A DNA stretch of 47,817 nucleotides, filler included, from Stramenopiles sp. TOSAG23-2 (GCA_900128395.1; 2 parts of 2 records of this genome joined end to end with filler, not necessarily neighbours in it); one strand, 5' to 3'; shown: positions 9,725 to 21,151, counted from the first letter of the whole stretch. A program made the numbers and translations. Notes: a model not told the origin generated them from the sequence alone.

Positions 9725-12421
9725 ATGGATGCGTTAGCACAATTACAAAAGGCACAAAATGCAAATAAGGCTTTAACAATGGCTGAAAAGCAGCAATTAA
9801 AGGAATTTGCAAAATTTTCCAAAGCACTAACAAGTAGTATGCCATCTCGTATGGCACGAGGGGAAGAAACTGCAAGTTCAATGAATCCAGATGTTTTTTT
9901 ATATAAAGCAGCGAATTTACAACGTCAGCGTCGACGGAAAAAAGTAGAAGCAGCAAAAGTGAAGTTACCAGCACATATACAACAAGTATTGGATTTACAA
10001 ATAACTAGAGGTAAAAGAAAAGGACAATGGAAGCCATCGAATGAGTTGAGAAACGCTTTAGGGGGTATATTACCAAAACCACAATCTGGGATCCCGGAAT
10101 CAAAATGGACTACTGCTGTTGTATTAGCTTTTTTAAGACGTCACCCTGATTTATTTCCACATACAAGAGAAGCATATCATGCGGGATCATTTTTTGTACC
10201 GGATGATATGATGTTACAGCAAGCAGCAAATGCCTTGCCACCTTTGAAAGGTAGTTGGGTAGATTTAGTTGGTAGTAGAGCTAATAATCGCTCTCAACAC
10301 GCTATTAACATTGGTGAGGCAGGTCTATGGCGTGATTGTGTAGAATTCAATGCTACTACACATGGTTATTTACCATTTTCAAATGAGGAAAGGGAAGCTC
10401 GTCAACGCAACAATAATGTATATAGTCGTGGTAGTAGTCAAAATCTTTACAGTCGTGGTAGTATGAATAATGCACAAAGTTTACCACACTTAACACAACC
10501 ACCACCACAACAACAACCATCTCGTGGTGGTATTTTTACACGTGAAGCTGAACAACGTATGAAAGAACGAATAGCAGCCGCTGCAACTAAAATAGCTCGT
10601 TTTAAAACGGATGCTGAATATTTAGAAGAAGAAAAGCGTGAAAAAAGGAGAAATAAACGGCAGGAAGAATGGAATTGGCGCATGCAAGCGTTAAAAAAAG
10701 AGTTTAAAACCAAGTCGCAGGATCCAGGAAAAGCATTTTTATTAGGGGAAAGAGTGAAAACAAAATTTCGCCGAGCTAGTGAATGGGATAGACCACGAAT
10801 AACACAAGAATATCATCCAGCTAGAATTGTTAGGCTTGGATTAGATGGCCAGTCTGTTGATATAGAATATTTAAATGGTCGAAAAGAAATAGAAAAACGA
10901 GTTTCAAAAATACATGTCGAGGCTGATATGATTGAATTTGCACGTATGTCAATAGAAATAAATAAGCGTAATTATGATAGAAAAATGAAAGCAAAAGCTA
11001 TACGAGAGGAGCAAGAAAAATTTGAAGCAGAGTTAAGATTACTTAAAGAGGCAACAAAAAGTAAAAAGAAAAAGAAGAAAAAGAAAAGCAGTAGTTCTAA
11101 TAATGAAGATGACGATGACAAAGGAGAAGACGAACGAGAAAGCAATGATGATGACGACGACGATGATGAAAGTGAGGAAATGAAAATGATGAGGCAACAA
11201 ATGTTGGAAGAACAGGCAAAAAACGCTGTGGAAGTGCAAGTAGATGAAGAGGAGGAACAAATGCGTTTACATGAAGGTCTTGATATGATTGCAAATTCAT
11301 GGTCAAAGCCTTTATCATTAAAACAAGAGCGGAAGCGTTTAAAAAGTTTCATGGAAATGAAAAAAGTTGATTTTAATACTCGTGTATGTGCCCAATCTAA
11401 TCCTAGTGTAGATACAAAAGCTTTACGAAGAGATCATACTGATCTAAGAGAAATTAAACAAAAAAGGAAGGTTGTGAAAAAAGAAAAGACAATGAATGAG
11501 TTGTTGGACGATGCTAAAAAAGCACAAGAAGCATTGGAAGCAAAAGCTCTTAATGAAGTTGGTGCTGGAGAAAAAGCAAGAGTTGTAGCTGGTGGTAAAA
11601 AAAATGAATTGATTCGTAAACAATTTGAAGAGGAACAACGAAAAAAACGTGAGCGACTTCAGAAATTGATCGACTCCGTAACAAATGCAGAAGATAATGT
11701 AGTTGCATGTATTTTAAAACATGAGGCAAACGTGTTAGATGTGCAGCATAAATGCGATGAGGCTGTTGATAAACATGCTAGGGCTGCTTTGAAAACTGAA
11801 CAAATTCATGCATTTGATGATTTAACTGAAACATTAAATAAAGGACGAAATATAAATTGTGATTTAGTAGAAGCGGTAGTGAAATGGAGAGAAGCTAAAT
11901 TAGTATTAGCAAAACATCGAGGGGAGGAAATTTTAGAATATGTAGAATATGATAAAGATTCAGATAAAGAGGCGGATGAACTAGGTGCATTGTCGGATCC
12001 AAGTGCATTACCATTTTTATGGAATGGAAATAATATATTGTTGCACATAACGAATGATTTTGATTTTTTGATTAATTGCCATCAACTCACAGAATGGTAC
12101 GGCCCAGATTTTAATTTAATAAGTAACCCTTTCATGCTGGCTGTACCAGTGTGGGAAAGGGCATCTACTCCGTTGAAAGCCACGCAAAGTGTATTGGTAA
12201 ATGGTGTACAAGTTGAAAGAATAATACCACGTCTACGTGATCGTAGCGAGCGGCAGGCAAAAGCATTAATGGCACAAAAAGCAAGGCAAAAAAAAAGTGC
12301 ATGGTGGTGGCCTGGGCACAGTATACGTCCGGCTGAATATGAACGTGTCCGTCGTGCAGAGAAAGAAATTTTTAATGAGAAAAGGAGAATTGGGTTAAAA
12401 CCCAAGGGTGTACCACGATAA
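9725..12421 (+). CDS. Hypothetical coiled-coil protein with a Tudor/SH3-like barrel and an acidic/basic low-complexity linker
   Basis: 898-aa ORF with ATG. FLLGERVKTKF...YHPARIVRL...VDIEYLNG resembles a Tudor-like domain. Confidence 0.8.
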   Translation: MDALAQLQKAQNANKALTMAEKQQLKEFAKFSKALTSSMPSRMARGEETASSMNPDVFLYKAANLQRQRRRKKVEAAKVKLPAHIQQVLDLQITRGKRKGQWKPSNELRNALGGILPKPQSGIPESKWTTAVVLAFLRRHPDLFPHTREAYHAGSFFVPDDMMLQQAANALPPLKGSWVDLVGSRANNRSQHAINIGEAGLWRDCVEFNATTHGYLPFSNEEREARQRNNNVYSRGSSQNLYSRGSMNNAQSLPHLTQPPPQQQPSRGGIFTREAEQRMKERIAAAATKIARFKTDAEYLEEEKREKRRNKRQEEWNWRMQALKKEFKTKSQDPGKAFLLGERVKTKFRRASEWDRPRITQEYHPARIVRLGLDGQSVDIEYLNGRKEIEKRVSKIHVEADMIEFARMSIEINKRNYDRKMKAKAIREEQEKFEAELRLLKEATKSKKKKKKKKSSSSNNEDDDDKGEDERESNDDDDDDDESEEMKMMRQQMLEEQAKNAVEVQVDEEEEQMRLHEGLDMIANSWSKPLSLKQERKRLKSFMEMKKVDFNTRVCAQSNPSVDTKALRRDHTDLREIKQKRKVVKKEKTMNELLDDAKKAQEALEAKALNEVGAGEKARVVAGGKKNELIRKQFEEEQRKKRERLQKLIDSVTNAEDNVVACILKHEANVLDVQHKCDEAVDKHARAALKTEQIHAFDDLTETLNKGRNINCDLVEAVVKWREAKLVLAKHRGEEILEYVEYDKDSDKEADELGALSDPSALPFLWNGNNILLHITNDFDFLINCHQLTEWYGPDFNLISNPFMLAVPVWERASTPLKATQSVLVNGVQVERIIPRLRDRSERQAKALMAQKARQKKSAWWWPGHSIRPAEYERVRRAEKEIFNEKRRIGLKPKGVPR

Positions 12422-12770
12422 TTAATACTCGTATATTACATGACGTACGAAACGTAGTACGAGTATATATATAATACGAACTACTTCGTATGTACGTACG
12501 AGTATATAAATATAATTTACGTATAAATTTCCAGTACATAATAGATCGAATTAGGGTATTTTAGATATGTTATGATAATATGATATGCATGTGATATGGC
12601 ATAGAACCTCGTTTGCATAATATTATCATACAATTAGGCCCAGAAGATTAAAATTGTATGCATACGTATGATCGTACGAGTATATATATATATATGATGA
12701 AAATATTGATATTTTTTGTTTTACTTTTTAGTCACACATACATAACTAAGTTAGATTTTAACCTTCTATC

Positions 12771-15700
12771 TTAATCACTATCATCATCGTCGTCATCATC
12801 ATCAAATAAAGCATTTACTTCCTTCTCATCCTCTTTCGAAACAGATTTCTCATCATCTGCAACTCCAGATTCCTCTAAACCACCCTCATCATCCTCATCA
12901 TCGTCGTCATCATCATCATCATCGATAAGCATCTTTTTAGAAGCTGTATCGGCAGTACCATTAGCACTATTACCACCCTTATTATCAGTTTCATCATCAT
13001 CTGAATCATCATCTGAATCCGAACCAAATAACGCTGCTTTTTGCTGTGCTTTTTCATTACCGTCGTCGTCAGAATCACTATCACTATCACTACTACTATC
13101 ACTACTATCACTAGAACTTTCACCATCAAGTTTAGGTTTTTTAACTTTTTTAACTTTCTTTTGACCTGGCTCCCGTTTCCTTTTTACTTTCTTTTTATTT
13201 TCTTCTTGAAATTTCTGTGCTTTTTCAGTCAGCTCTTGCTGCCCTTCTCTCCATTTCTTTTCTTTCTCTTCTCTTTGTTTTGCTTCTTCTAGGTCTTGCA
13301 AGCGTTTTGCCTCTGCCTCTTGCCTTTCTTTCTCCAGTTGATCCTCGCGCAATTTCTTAAATTCTGCATCACGAGCCTGTGGAGCGAAGTGTATGAATGA
13401 GTGATATGTTAGAGGGGATATCCTTTTTAGGTTTAGGGGAATAGAATTTACTCCGAAAAAAAATATACTTGTACTATAGTATGTATATATGTATGTAGGT
13501 AGAATGTGTGTGTGTGCGTGTGTGTGTCAAGAACTTGGTGCAAGATTAGCATCATATGCTCCGCTTCACAAACACGGTGCAGGTTAGTTGCAGGTTGGTT
13601 ACTCACTTCTTTGCTTTTCATAGCAGTAACTAATGCACCTTCAAGGTGTTTTAAATGATCAGTACATTTTCGAACAAATTGTTCCGCACTTGCTTTTTCT
13701 TTTTCATCAATATCCACCCCGCCTACTTTAATATAAAATTGGCGGTATTTTAGCGCACTAGCAAAGTAAGATTTCATACGTTTTAATTGCATAACTTTAT
13801 CATCCAACGAAATGACATTACTAAATTTTGCATACATATCAGCAGCAATGATGCACATTATTGAAGAAAGTTCATACCAATGGTCTACCACTTCAGGAAA
13901 TAAACGCACAGCACGTTGTAACACTTTTAAACATTCTGCATTCATACCGGCCACTTTGTAAGCAGCTGCTAAGTACGATAAATGCAACCCGGCATCACCC
14001 GGTCCAAACGATTGTATACAGGTTTGAAATAATTGTATTGCGGCAGGGTATTTTTTTAATTGGATTTGAATTTTGGCTAAATTAATAGCAGGATCTGGGG
14101 CATCAAATGCTGAATCGCGAACTTTCGTAAATATATCTCTTGCATATGTAAGATGCCCACGTTCTGCTAATACCATTCCAATGCCATTAGCTGCGTATAT
14201 ATTTGAATCGTCTCTTTGCAATACCCTTTTATATATTTTCAGTGCAAAATTTAAATGATCCTGCTTCTTTCTACCTTCACTAATCATTGCCGTTTCAAAT
14301 TCAATATTTGCCAACGATAGTTGAGCATATACATCTCTTCTACCTGATTTTTGCTGCAAAGATGTGAATAGTTTTTTCGCACCATCCATATCACCTGACT
14401 CTAAGCGAATGTTAGCCAAGACATTGACCGCTTTATTTGATGCACTCTCGTCGTAGCTATTTGTGACCTGTCGTGGAGTGTAGCGTATGAGATGAGTGAT
14501 GTGTGTTAGAGAGGTTATCTTTTTATAGGTTCAGGGGAATAGAATTTACTTACAGCTTTTTTCAAATATTCGACTGCTTCCGTATGCATGTTTCTTTCAC
14601 GGTATATTTGGCCCAGGCATACGTAGGATTCTCCGTACCCTGGGAAATGTTTGACAATTCCAAGATGCAAACGTTCTGCGCGAATACGATCACCAGTTTG
14701 CTCTAAATATAATGCAACATTAAATGTTAATGTTATATTTGATTTCTCATACAAATAATTACTGGATCCCTCCTTTAGAAGATCAATAAATATTTCATTA
14801 TCATCATCGTTGCTACTACTACTATTATTATCACTATCACCGTCTTTTTTGCTTAACTTTAATGCTTTGATAAATTCTTTTCTTGCATTTTTAAAATCAC
14901 CAAGTTTTTGATACAGCACGGCAACATTATTTAAAAGATCAGGCGTTGGTTTTTTACCATGAACTTCTGTCATAGCTTTAATACTACGTTTGTATAATTT
15001 CAATGCTTCTTTTTTTGAAGCATCACTGCCTTGCGAACGATACAAGTTGCCTAATTCCAATCGTGCCTCATAATCAACATTGTCCAATTCGATTACCTTT
15101 TGTAAATATTTGATTGCTGCGGCAGATTTTTTTAAACTTGATTTATTTGCATATATGCTACCAAGTACAAGTAATAACTCTTTGCAACTAGGATTTTTTG
15201 CCAATCCTTTCTCAAAATAACTTAATGCATTTTTCATATCTTTATTACGCAACGCCATTTGACCTAATCCCATTTGTAATGCTGGATTAAATAATAATTC
15301 CTGATTGCTTTTAAAATTATTTCTTGCTAATTTATAAAATTTAGATGCTTGTTCAAAATTGTTTTCTTTGTGGTACGTACGTGCCATTAAAAGATAAGCC
15401 TGCCCTTTAACTTCAACATTCGCAGTACGCTCTACCGAGCGTGAACATAATTCAATTACTTTATTGTATCTCATTTTCTTGAAGAAATGATCGGCTAAAC
15501 CATTTAAAGTTGCAGCTAAATTTGGATTTTGACGATGTGCGTTGAACATTTTCGTCACATTCTTCTTCACCCTATGCGCATCTTTTGCGCCTCGTTCGTT
15601 ATCCATTTCCATCATCGCTAAAGCGGTCAATGCATGTGCATTGTTGACGTCCAACGTAAGAGCTCGTTGGTAACATTTTTTCGCCATTTCCAAATTACTC

Positions 15701-16416
15701 ATTTTTAAATAACAATGTCCTAAGCATACACGTACATCTGGTGCACAATGTGGATAATTCGATAAAATTTTCGAATAACATTTCGATGCATGTTTAAAAT
15801 CTCCTTGAAGGAATTGAATAGCACCAAGACCTAAATTAGCAGCATAACTTTGACCTTGTGTAACATCCATAGCAGCATTGAAATTTTCACGAGCTGAACG
15901 GTAATTACTAGTGCCTGTATTTGCATATAAAGCTAAGTAGCCTTTTGCAATCCATATAAGTTCACTATCTGTTTCTAAAGCTGACATTTCGTCCTGTAAC
16001 AAATTAGCAGCCTCTCCAAAGCATTGGTTTGCTTTGTTAAAATAGTCTTCTACCACATCACTTGACAAATTTTCTTCCTTTGATTTCCTATATTGCTCCG
16101 TATAATACGAACCGTGTGTTATAACAAGCAATGCTTTACCTTTACGAGCCTCCGTCCTCTCTGCCTCCGTATTCTTGATTTGTTGTGTTTTTGCAACTTG
16201 ATCTGCTTCCTTCAACACATCTAAAGCTGCGTCATTATTACCAAGTTGAAAATATTGTATTGCAAAATTTGCCCAAACAGCCAATGCTGGTACTTCTACT
16301 TTCAAAAGCTTCAACACCCCATCTACATTTTGTTCCATATCGTCCCTAAAGATATGTACAATCTTATTATTCTTTAAAGGTATTTGAATACCATGATCTT
16401 GAAACGAATTGGCCAT
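12771..16416 (-). CDS. CTR9: PAF1 complex subunit CTR9 (TPR protein); exons 16416-14554, 14467-13607 and 13376-12771 (~1109 aa)
   Basis: N-terminal IQIPL, many TPRs, the conserved NIYAANGIGMVLAERG...ARDIFTKVRD block and an acidic tail. Two phase-0 GT-AG introns join the three ORFs in frame (KKA|VTNS; KSKE|ARDAEF). Confidence 0.9.
13377..13606 (-). mobile_element. CTR9 intron 2: Introner-like copy B carrying a nested 145-nt insert (13454-13598)
   Basis: GT-GAGTAA-[insert]-GAGTAA-ATTCTATTCCCCTAAACC...CCCCTCTAACATATCACTCAT...CGCTCCACAG. Confidence 0.78.
13534..13587 (+). repeat. ~50-nt dispersed repeat core, also present inverted at 5604, 6292, 7201 and 7288 (fragments at 7181, 7495)
   Basis: 13561-13584 is the exact reverse complement of 5604-5627 (24/24). 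The core matches 43/49 with the copy at 6292. Confidence 0.85.
14468..14553 (-). mobile_element. CTR9 intron 1: Introner-like copy A (86 nt, apparently uninterrupted)
   Basis: GTAAGTAAATTCTATTCCCCTGAACCTATAAAAAGATAACCTCTCTAACACACATCACTCATCTCATACGCTACACTCCACGACAG; phase 0; restores the ORF. Confidence 0.8.
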
Positions 16417-16455
16417 ATTGATAAGCAATCCGTTTATAGATATACGTCGTTATTG

Positions 16456-16487
<32 letters not shown>

Positions 16488-17492
16488 AAAAGAATTGTAA
16501 AATTGAACAAACAAAAATGTGAATTCTTTTAGCGGTATTTTGGTTGAAACACACGCGTACAAACACAAAGATAAATGAATGGATAGATGGATGGATGGAT
16601 GGATTAGAGGATGCAACTGTACTACATTATCACTTTTTCCATACACATCGTCTATATATTATTTTATTAATATATTTTAATTTAAAATATATAATTAAAA
16701 AAATCATTAATAAATAGCATGTAACTATGACTGGAATCAACCATCTAATCGAAACAATTGCATGTGAGCTATTCATTTTTTTATAATAAATTTGTGTGGA
16801 TGATAAAATACAAAACTTAAAAAACTATTAAAAAAATTCCAACCTTAACCTACGAAATGTGCAAATTCCCTATCAAATATTAAAAAATTATTATAATAAA
16901 TACGTACTTGAAATGTTGAAATGGACTCTTTTTCTGGGGCAATTTATAATATTAAAAAATATGCAGCACCCAGCACCGAGCACCGTACTTTCACACCAAA
17001 TATATAATAGCAAAAGGTGCTGTGGCATACTTAGATATAAGTATGAATTTTGTATACTAATATTCCTGTTTGACCAAAAATCACATTGATTTGTTGATTT
17101 AGATTGTAGTATACCAAAATTCATGCTTACAATATTTTTAAAAAGTATGACTCCTTAACCTTCTTTTGATTTTTTCATAATAACGAGAAGGATCCGTATA
17201 GATCCACGCTATAATAATATAGTACTTATACAGGTACTAAACGCAGGACTGTGGTGTGGCAGAAGAATCAATCCAGCCAGCAATATATATATAGACAATA
17301 TACTATTTATTTAAACACAACTTTCTACGGTTTTTTCAGTGAAAGTTTGTAGAACAAAATACATACATATATATATATATATACAAACATTATAGTAGTA
17401 ACATTATATAATGTATATATAAACGTTATAGTAGTAACATTATATAATATATATATATATATAATAACAGAACCATATAATCTATAAATACC

Positions 17493-18224
17493 ATGGCAGA
17501 AATAGCAGTAAGAGATGATATTAATAATACCAAAAATATAATATCTAAACGTTTAATGAATTTAGATTATTACAAACGCTTGCATCAAGGGTCTTTGTTT
17601 TGGTTAAATGCCATTCGTCTATCGCATGACCACATACGGCGCCATTATGATAAAGAAACGCTTGCATTGCGTGCAAAGCAGTTCTTTTGTTTAGGTATGT
17701 CGATCGGAAATATATTGCGTATAAATGATTTATCACAAGCGTTATATGCATCTCTATTACTATTTAGCGAGTATGAATTTCATTTTCATACCGCAGGGCC
17801 AGCACAAGCTATTAAATTATTATATGCTCGTGACGGGACATATTTTCCACAGTCGTTAAGCGCATATAATGCGAATGAACCAGCAAATATACAATTAAGT
17901 AAATTTGGTAAAAAAGTTGTTTTGGAATTTTTAAAAACACCGAATAATATAGAAAATTTAGATTATTTCCAAGTGTTTTATTCATTATGTGAATCATTAA
18001 CACAATTATATGAGAAATTTAATAATCTAGACGTAGAGCATAAACATCATTATGAAGAATTTTTAGCATTCGATAATAAAATCAAACATCATATTATCAG
18101 TAAAATAAGTAATGACATGAATGATTTGGCACAATCTGTTTTACATGATCAATTAGAAACAATGGAAAATTTATTTGATGATCCAGGGCAAGGGTTGTGT
18201 GTGATGTATGAAGAGAATTGGTAG
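17493..18224 (+). CDS. Conserved-type hypothetical helical protein
   Basis: 243-aa ORF. The KRLMNLDYYKRLHQGSLFWLN...LDYFQVFYSLCESL pattern recalls an uncharacterised family I associate with fungi and protists (from memory, unverified). Confidence 0.75.
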   Translation: MAEIAVRDDINNTKNIISKRLMNLDYYKRLHQGSLFWLNAIRLSHDHIRRHYDKETLALRAKQFFCLGMSIGNILRINDLSQALYASLLLFSEYEFHFHTAGPAQAIKLLYARDGTYFPQSLSAYNANEPANIQLSKFGKKVVLEFLKTPNNIENLDYFQVFYSLCESLTQLYEKFNNLDVEHKHHYEEFLAFDNKIKHHIISKISNDMNDLAQSVLHDQLETMENLFDDPGQGLCVMYEENW

Positions 18225-18449
18225 AGCTATATATATAGAAATATCACACCGGCGACCACACACACACTATTTTACTCCGCGTACGTTCATTACTGGATTA
18301 CACAAATTAAAAACTTTAAAATAATATTTACTACCCCACGATGGTACTACGAGTCGTAAGATTTTAAAACGTACGAACACACATTATTGTAATATACTCT
18401 TATATTTAAATATGTACACAGATATTACATGTTTTTTACACGTAATTTT

Positions 18450-19862
18450 TTACAAATTCACTCGTTCTTCCCCTTCAAATATTCCAGCACTTCCTAATTT
18501 TCCAATTAATGTCTCATATACGTCAATACCTTTTTTGAAGACATCAATATCAATGTATTCATTATGCTCATGCAATAATACAGGTGATTTTGCCATTGGG
18601 GAAAATCCATATGCAGGAACACCACTTTCACGTAAAAATCGTGAATCTGTGCCTGCTGGAAATATTTCTGGTTCTAATGTCGTGTTAAAATCATTTTTAA
18701 ATGTTGTGCTAATTAAATTCCACCATGGGTTTTTCGGATCAATTGATGATACATGATGCTCCGTTATTGGCGTGCCAATCCATGGTGCATACTGCCAGGA
18801 CATTCCAACCTCCTTGGTCCATTCATCTAACATATCGGAAATAGATTTGCAAGGGACGGACGGTGGAACTCGAATATCAAAACCAGCTTCTGCTTTGGTT
18901 GGTATAACATTTAATGCCCATGTTTTACCACCATCCCCAGTGACACCAGCTTTTAACATGGTCAAATTCAATGTCGTAACGTCTCCTAATTTTTTTGCCT
19001 CACAATGCGAACATCCACCCGTATGACCAAGCGATTCTTCTTGTTGCTTTCTAAATTCAAATGCTTTATTTGCTAAATTAATTAATTTAGATATTGCAGT
19101 ATCAGCAATAAAACGAGATCCATGACCGGTTGGACCTTCCACATTTACCAATATCCATAATGGTGCCCGTTCTCCATAAAATACCGTATATGCATCTTTT
19201 TCATTTGCTAAACCTTCATCCAAAGCAACAGATATTTTGCCTAAGTCTTTAAATGTATCAGATTTTACTAAAAGTCCCATACCGTCCGCACCGCCAATCT
19301 CTTCATCTGGGACAAACGATAAATGGATAGTGCGTTTCAAATCGACCCCTGATAATCGCTCAAGTGCTAATAAATACTGTGCACATACACATTTCATATC
19401 TTGCGTGCCTCTTCCCCATATTTTACCATCTTTAATCATAGCAGCGAAAGGTGCTACGTTCCAATATTCCATAATTGCAGGAACAACGTCATAATGGGAA
19501 TTTAATAATATAGCAGGTAAATTTGGTTCTTTACCAACTCTCGTAGCAATAAGACATGGTTTATTTTTAACAAATTCTTTTATAAGTGTTTTAAAGCCTA
19601 ATGATTTGCATTTTTCTTCCAAAAATGCGACACATTCCCTGTACGATCCAGTGACCGGACCTTCACTACTAACAGTCCTAAAGCGTAATAAATCTTGAAA
19701 AAATTTAATTTCGTCATCTGCACTAGCATGTGTATAGTTTTTTGTTATCAACGAGCTTTTAAATTTCTTTCTAGTTGGTTCATTATTAGTAAAATGATCA
19801 ATCAAATCCGTTTTATCGTCGCTGCTACTGCCACTTACAGTATTTGTTGATAATGATGACAT
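18450..19862 (-). CDS. ACY1: Aminoacylase-1 (M20A metallopeptidase family)
   Basis: LLNSHYDVVP, GRGTQDMKCV, VPDEEIGG, LDEGLA, GHGSRF, FPAGTDSRFLR and LLHEHNEY. Confidence 0.95.
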   Translation of the reverse strand: MSSLSTNTVSGSSSDDKTDLIDHFTNNEPTRKKFKSSLITKNYTHASADDEIKFFQDLLRFRTVSSEGPVTGSYRECVAFLEEKCKSLGFKTLIKEFVKNKPCLIATRVGKEPNLPAILLNSHYDVVPAIMEYWNVAPFAAMIKDGKIWGRGTQDMKCVCAQYLLALERLSGVDLKRTIHLSFVPDEEIGGADGMGLLVKSDTFKDLGKISVALDEGLANEKDAYTVFYGERAPLWILVNVEGPTGHGSRFIADTAISKLINLANKAFEFRKQQEESLGHTGGCSHCEAKKLGDVTTLNLTMLKAGVTGDGGKTWALNVIPTKAEAGFDIRVPPSVPCKSISDMLDEWTKEVGMSWQYAPWIGTPITEHHVSSIDPKNPWWNLISTTFKNDFNTTLEPEIFPAGTDSRFLRESGVPAYGFSPMAKSPVLLHEHNEYIDIDVFKKGIDVYETLIGKLGSAGIFEGEERVNL

Positions 19863-20341
19863 ATTTCGTTTTAATGGTATGTGTGTGTGTATAAATAATT
19901 ATGTATCTATCTTAATATAGCTAGCTACGTATTTTAACTATCTACCTTTTCTAACTATCAATCTATCTATCTTATAATCTATCTATATGTATATATATAT
20001 TCCCTGCCCTGAAGTGTGTGTGGGTGTCAAATAATGTACCGTCTCCGTGTTTCTATGTTTCTATATAGTGTTGTTTTTAATATTATAGTTAAGGATCTAT
20101 TTATGTGTAATCTTGTAGTATAATATCTTATAGTGTTTATAGTGTAAAAGTATCTATATTACTTGTAATGTCACTAGATTAATAACTACCACCAGTAGTA
20201 GTGGTATGCCAGTATGCAACATAAATAAAAGATGTGCATACCAACATAGAGATATATTCCACAGATTATTTCAATTATAGAAAGGTGTGATTTTAATAAA
20301 TTATAAATATACACACAAGAGTATATAAAAATATAATCTTT

Positions 20342-21151
20342 TTACAATACTACAGATCTTCGAAAACTACTTTCTAATAAAGGATCTAGTAATGGTGGCT
20401 TACTAAGTGATTGATCGATTGCTAATGACACTTGTCTTCGAATACGTTCCGCGCGTGTTCCTTTTCGTTTTAATTCTAGGTGTTTGTCGCTACTCCAATG
20501 TGCTGTACGTAATATAGGTATGACTCCATCGTGACCAAGGGATGAAGGGATGCCCTCAAATGTATTTCGCGGAGGCGTGATTCTAGATTTTACTGCCCAT
20601 TTATTTTTAATTTTAAATTTTCTTGGATTTAATTTCATAATCTTGTTAACTAATTTACCAGCACTTTTTAAACTGTGTTTTTTCAGTTTACGATCCAATG
20701 TGTCTACATGTTTTGCTCGTTGCCATGCACGTAAATGCTTTGCTTCATATGCCAACATATGATATTCAATTGACTTTTCCATGGAATATGAATTTTTAGT
20801 TGGAACACCACCTTTCAAACCGTTTCCAGCCATTAATCTCCGATTGGAAAAATCTTGTTCTAATATTTTTCGTTCATATTCTGATAAACTTGGCAATGAT
20901 GCCCACTTGCTTTTTTTCATGACACGGCGGTCTGGTGTCCATTGAGGTAATGAAATATTGGGTAATGCCGCACTTTCTGCAACGCGATCCATTCTGATTT
21001 TTAATGGATATTGGCGCCTATGTTCTCCAGGTTCACCAAGTGCATATTTTCTTACATCAAAAACATTACAAGCAGTACGAACAGAATTGAAGAAATCTGC
21101 GTCTTTCAACGATTCTATCGTCTCCTCAATATTGCCACCATTTGATGCCAA
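20342..21151 (-). CDS. Hypothetical basic protein; start uncertain
   Basis: The frame is open to an upstream stop at 21187 with no ATG near the 5' end. Codon-like composition; no recognised domain. Confidence 0.6.
   Translation of the reverse strand: MASNGGNIEETIESLKDADFFNSVRTACNVFDVRKYALGEPGEHRRQYPLKIRMDRVAESAALPNISLPQWTPDRRVMKKSKWASLPSLSEYERKILEQDFSNRRLMAGNGLKGGVPTKNSYSMEKSIEYHMLAYEAKHLRAWQRAKHVDTLDRKLKKHSLKSAGKLVNKIMKLNPRKFKIKNKWAVKSRITPPRNTFEGIPSSLGHDGVIPILRTAHWSSDKHLELKRKGTRAERIRRQVSLAIDQSLSKPPLLDPLLESSFRRSVVL

Noticed and set aside
16700-17160. Possible mobile element with AGCACC x3 and an inverted GGTGCTG
   Set aside because: No TIRs, TSD or second copy found.
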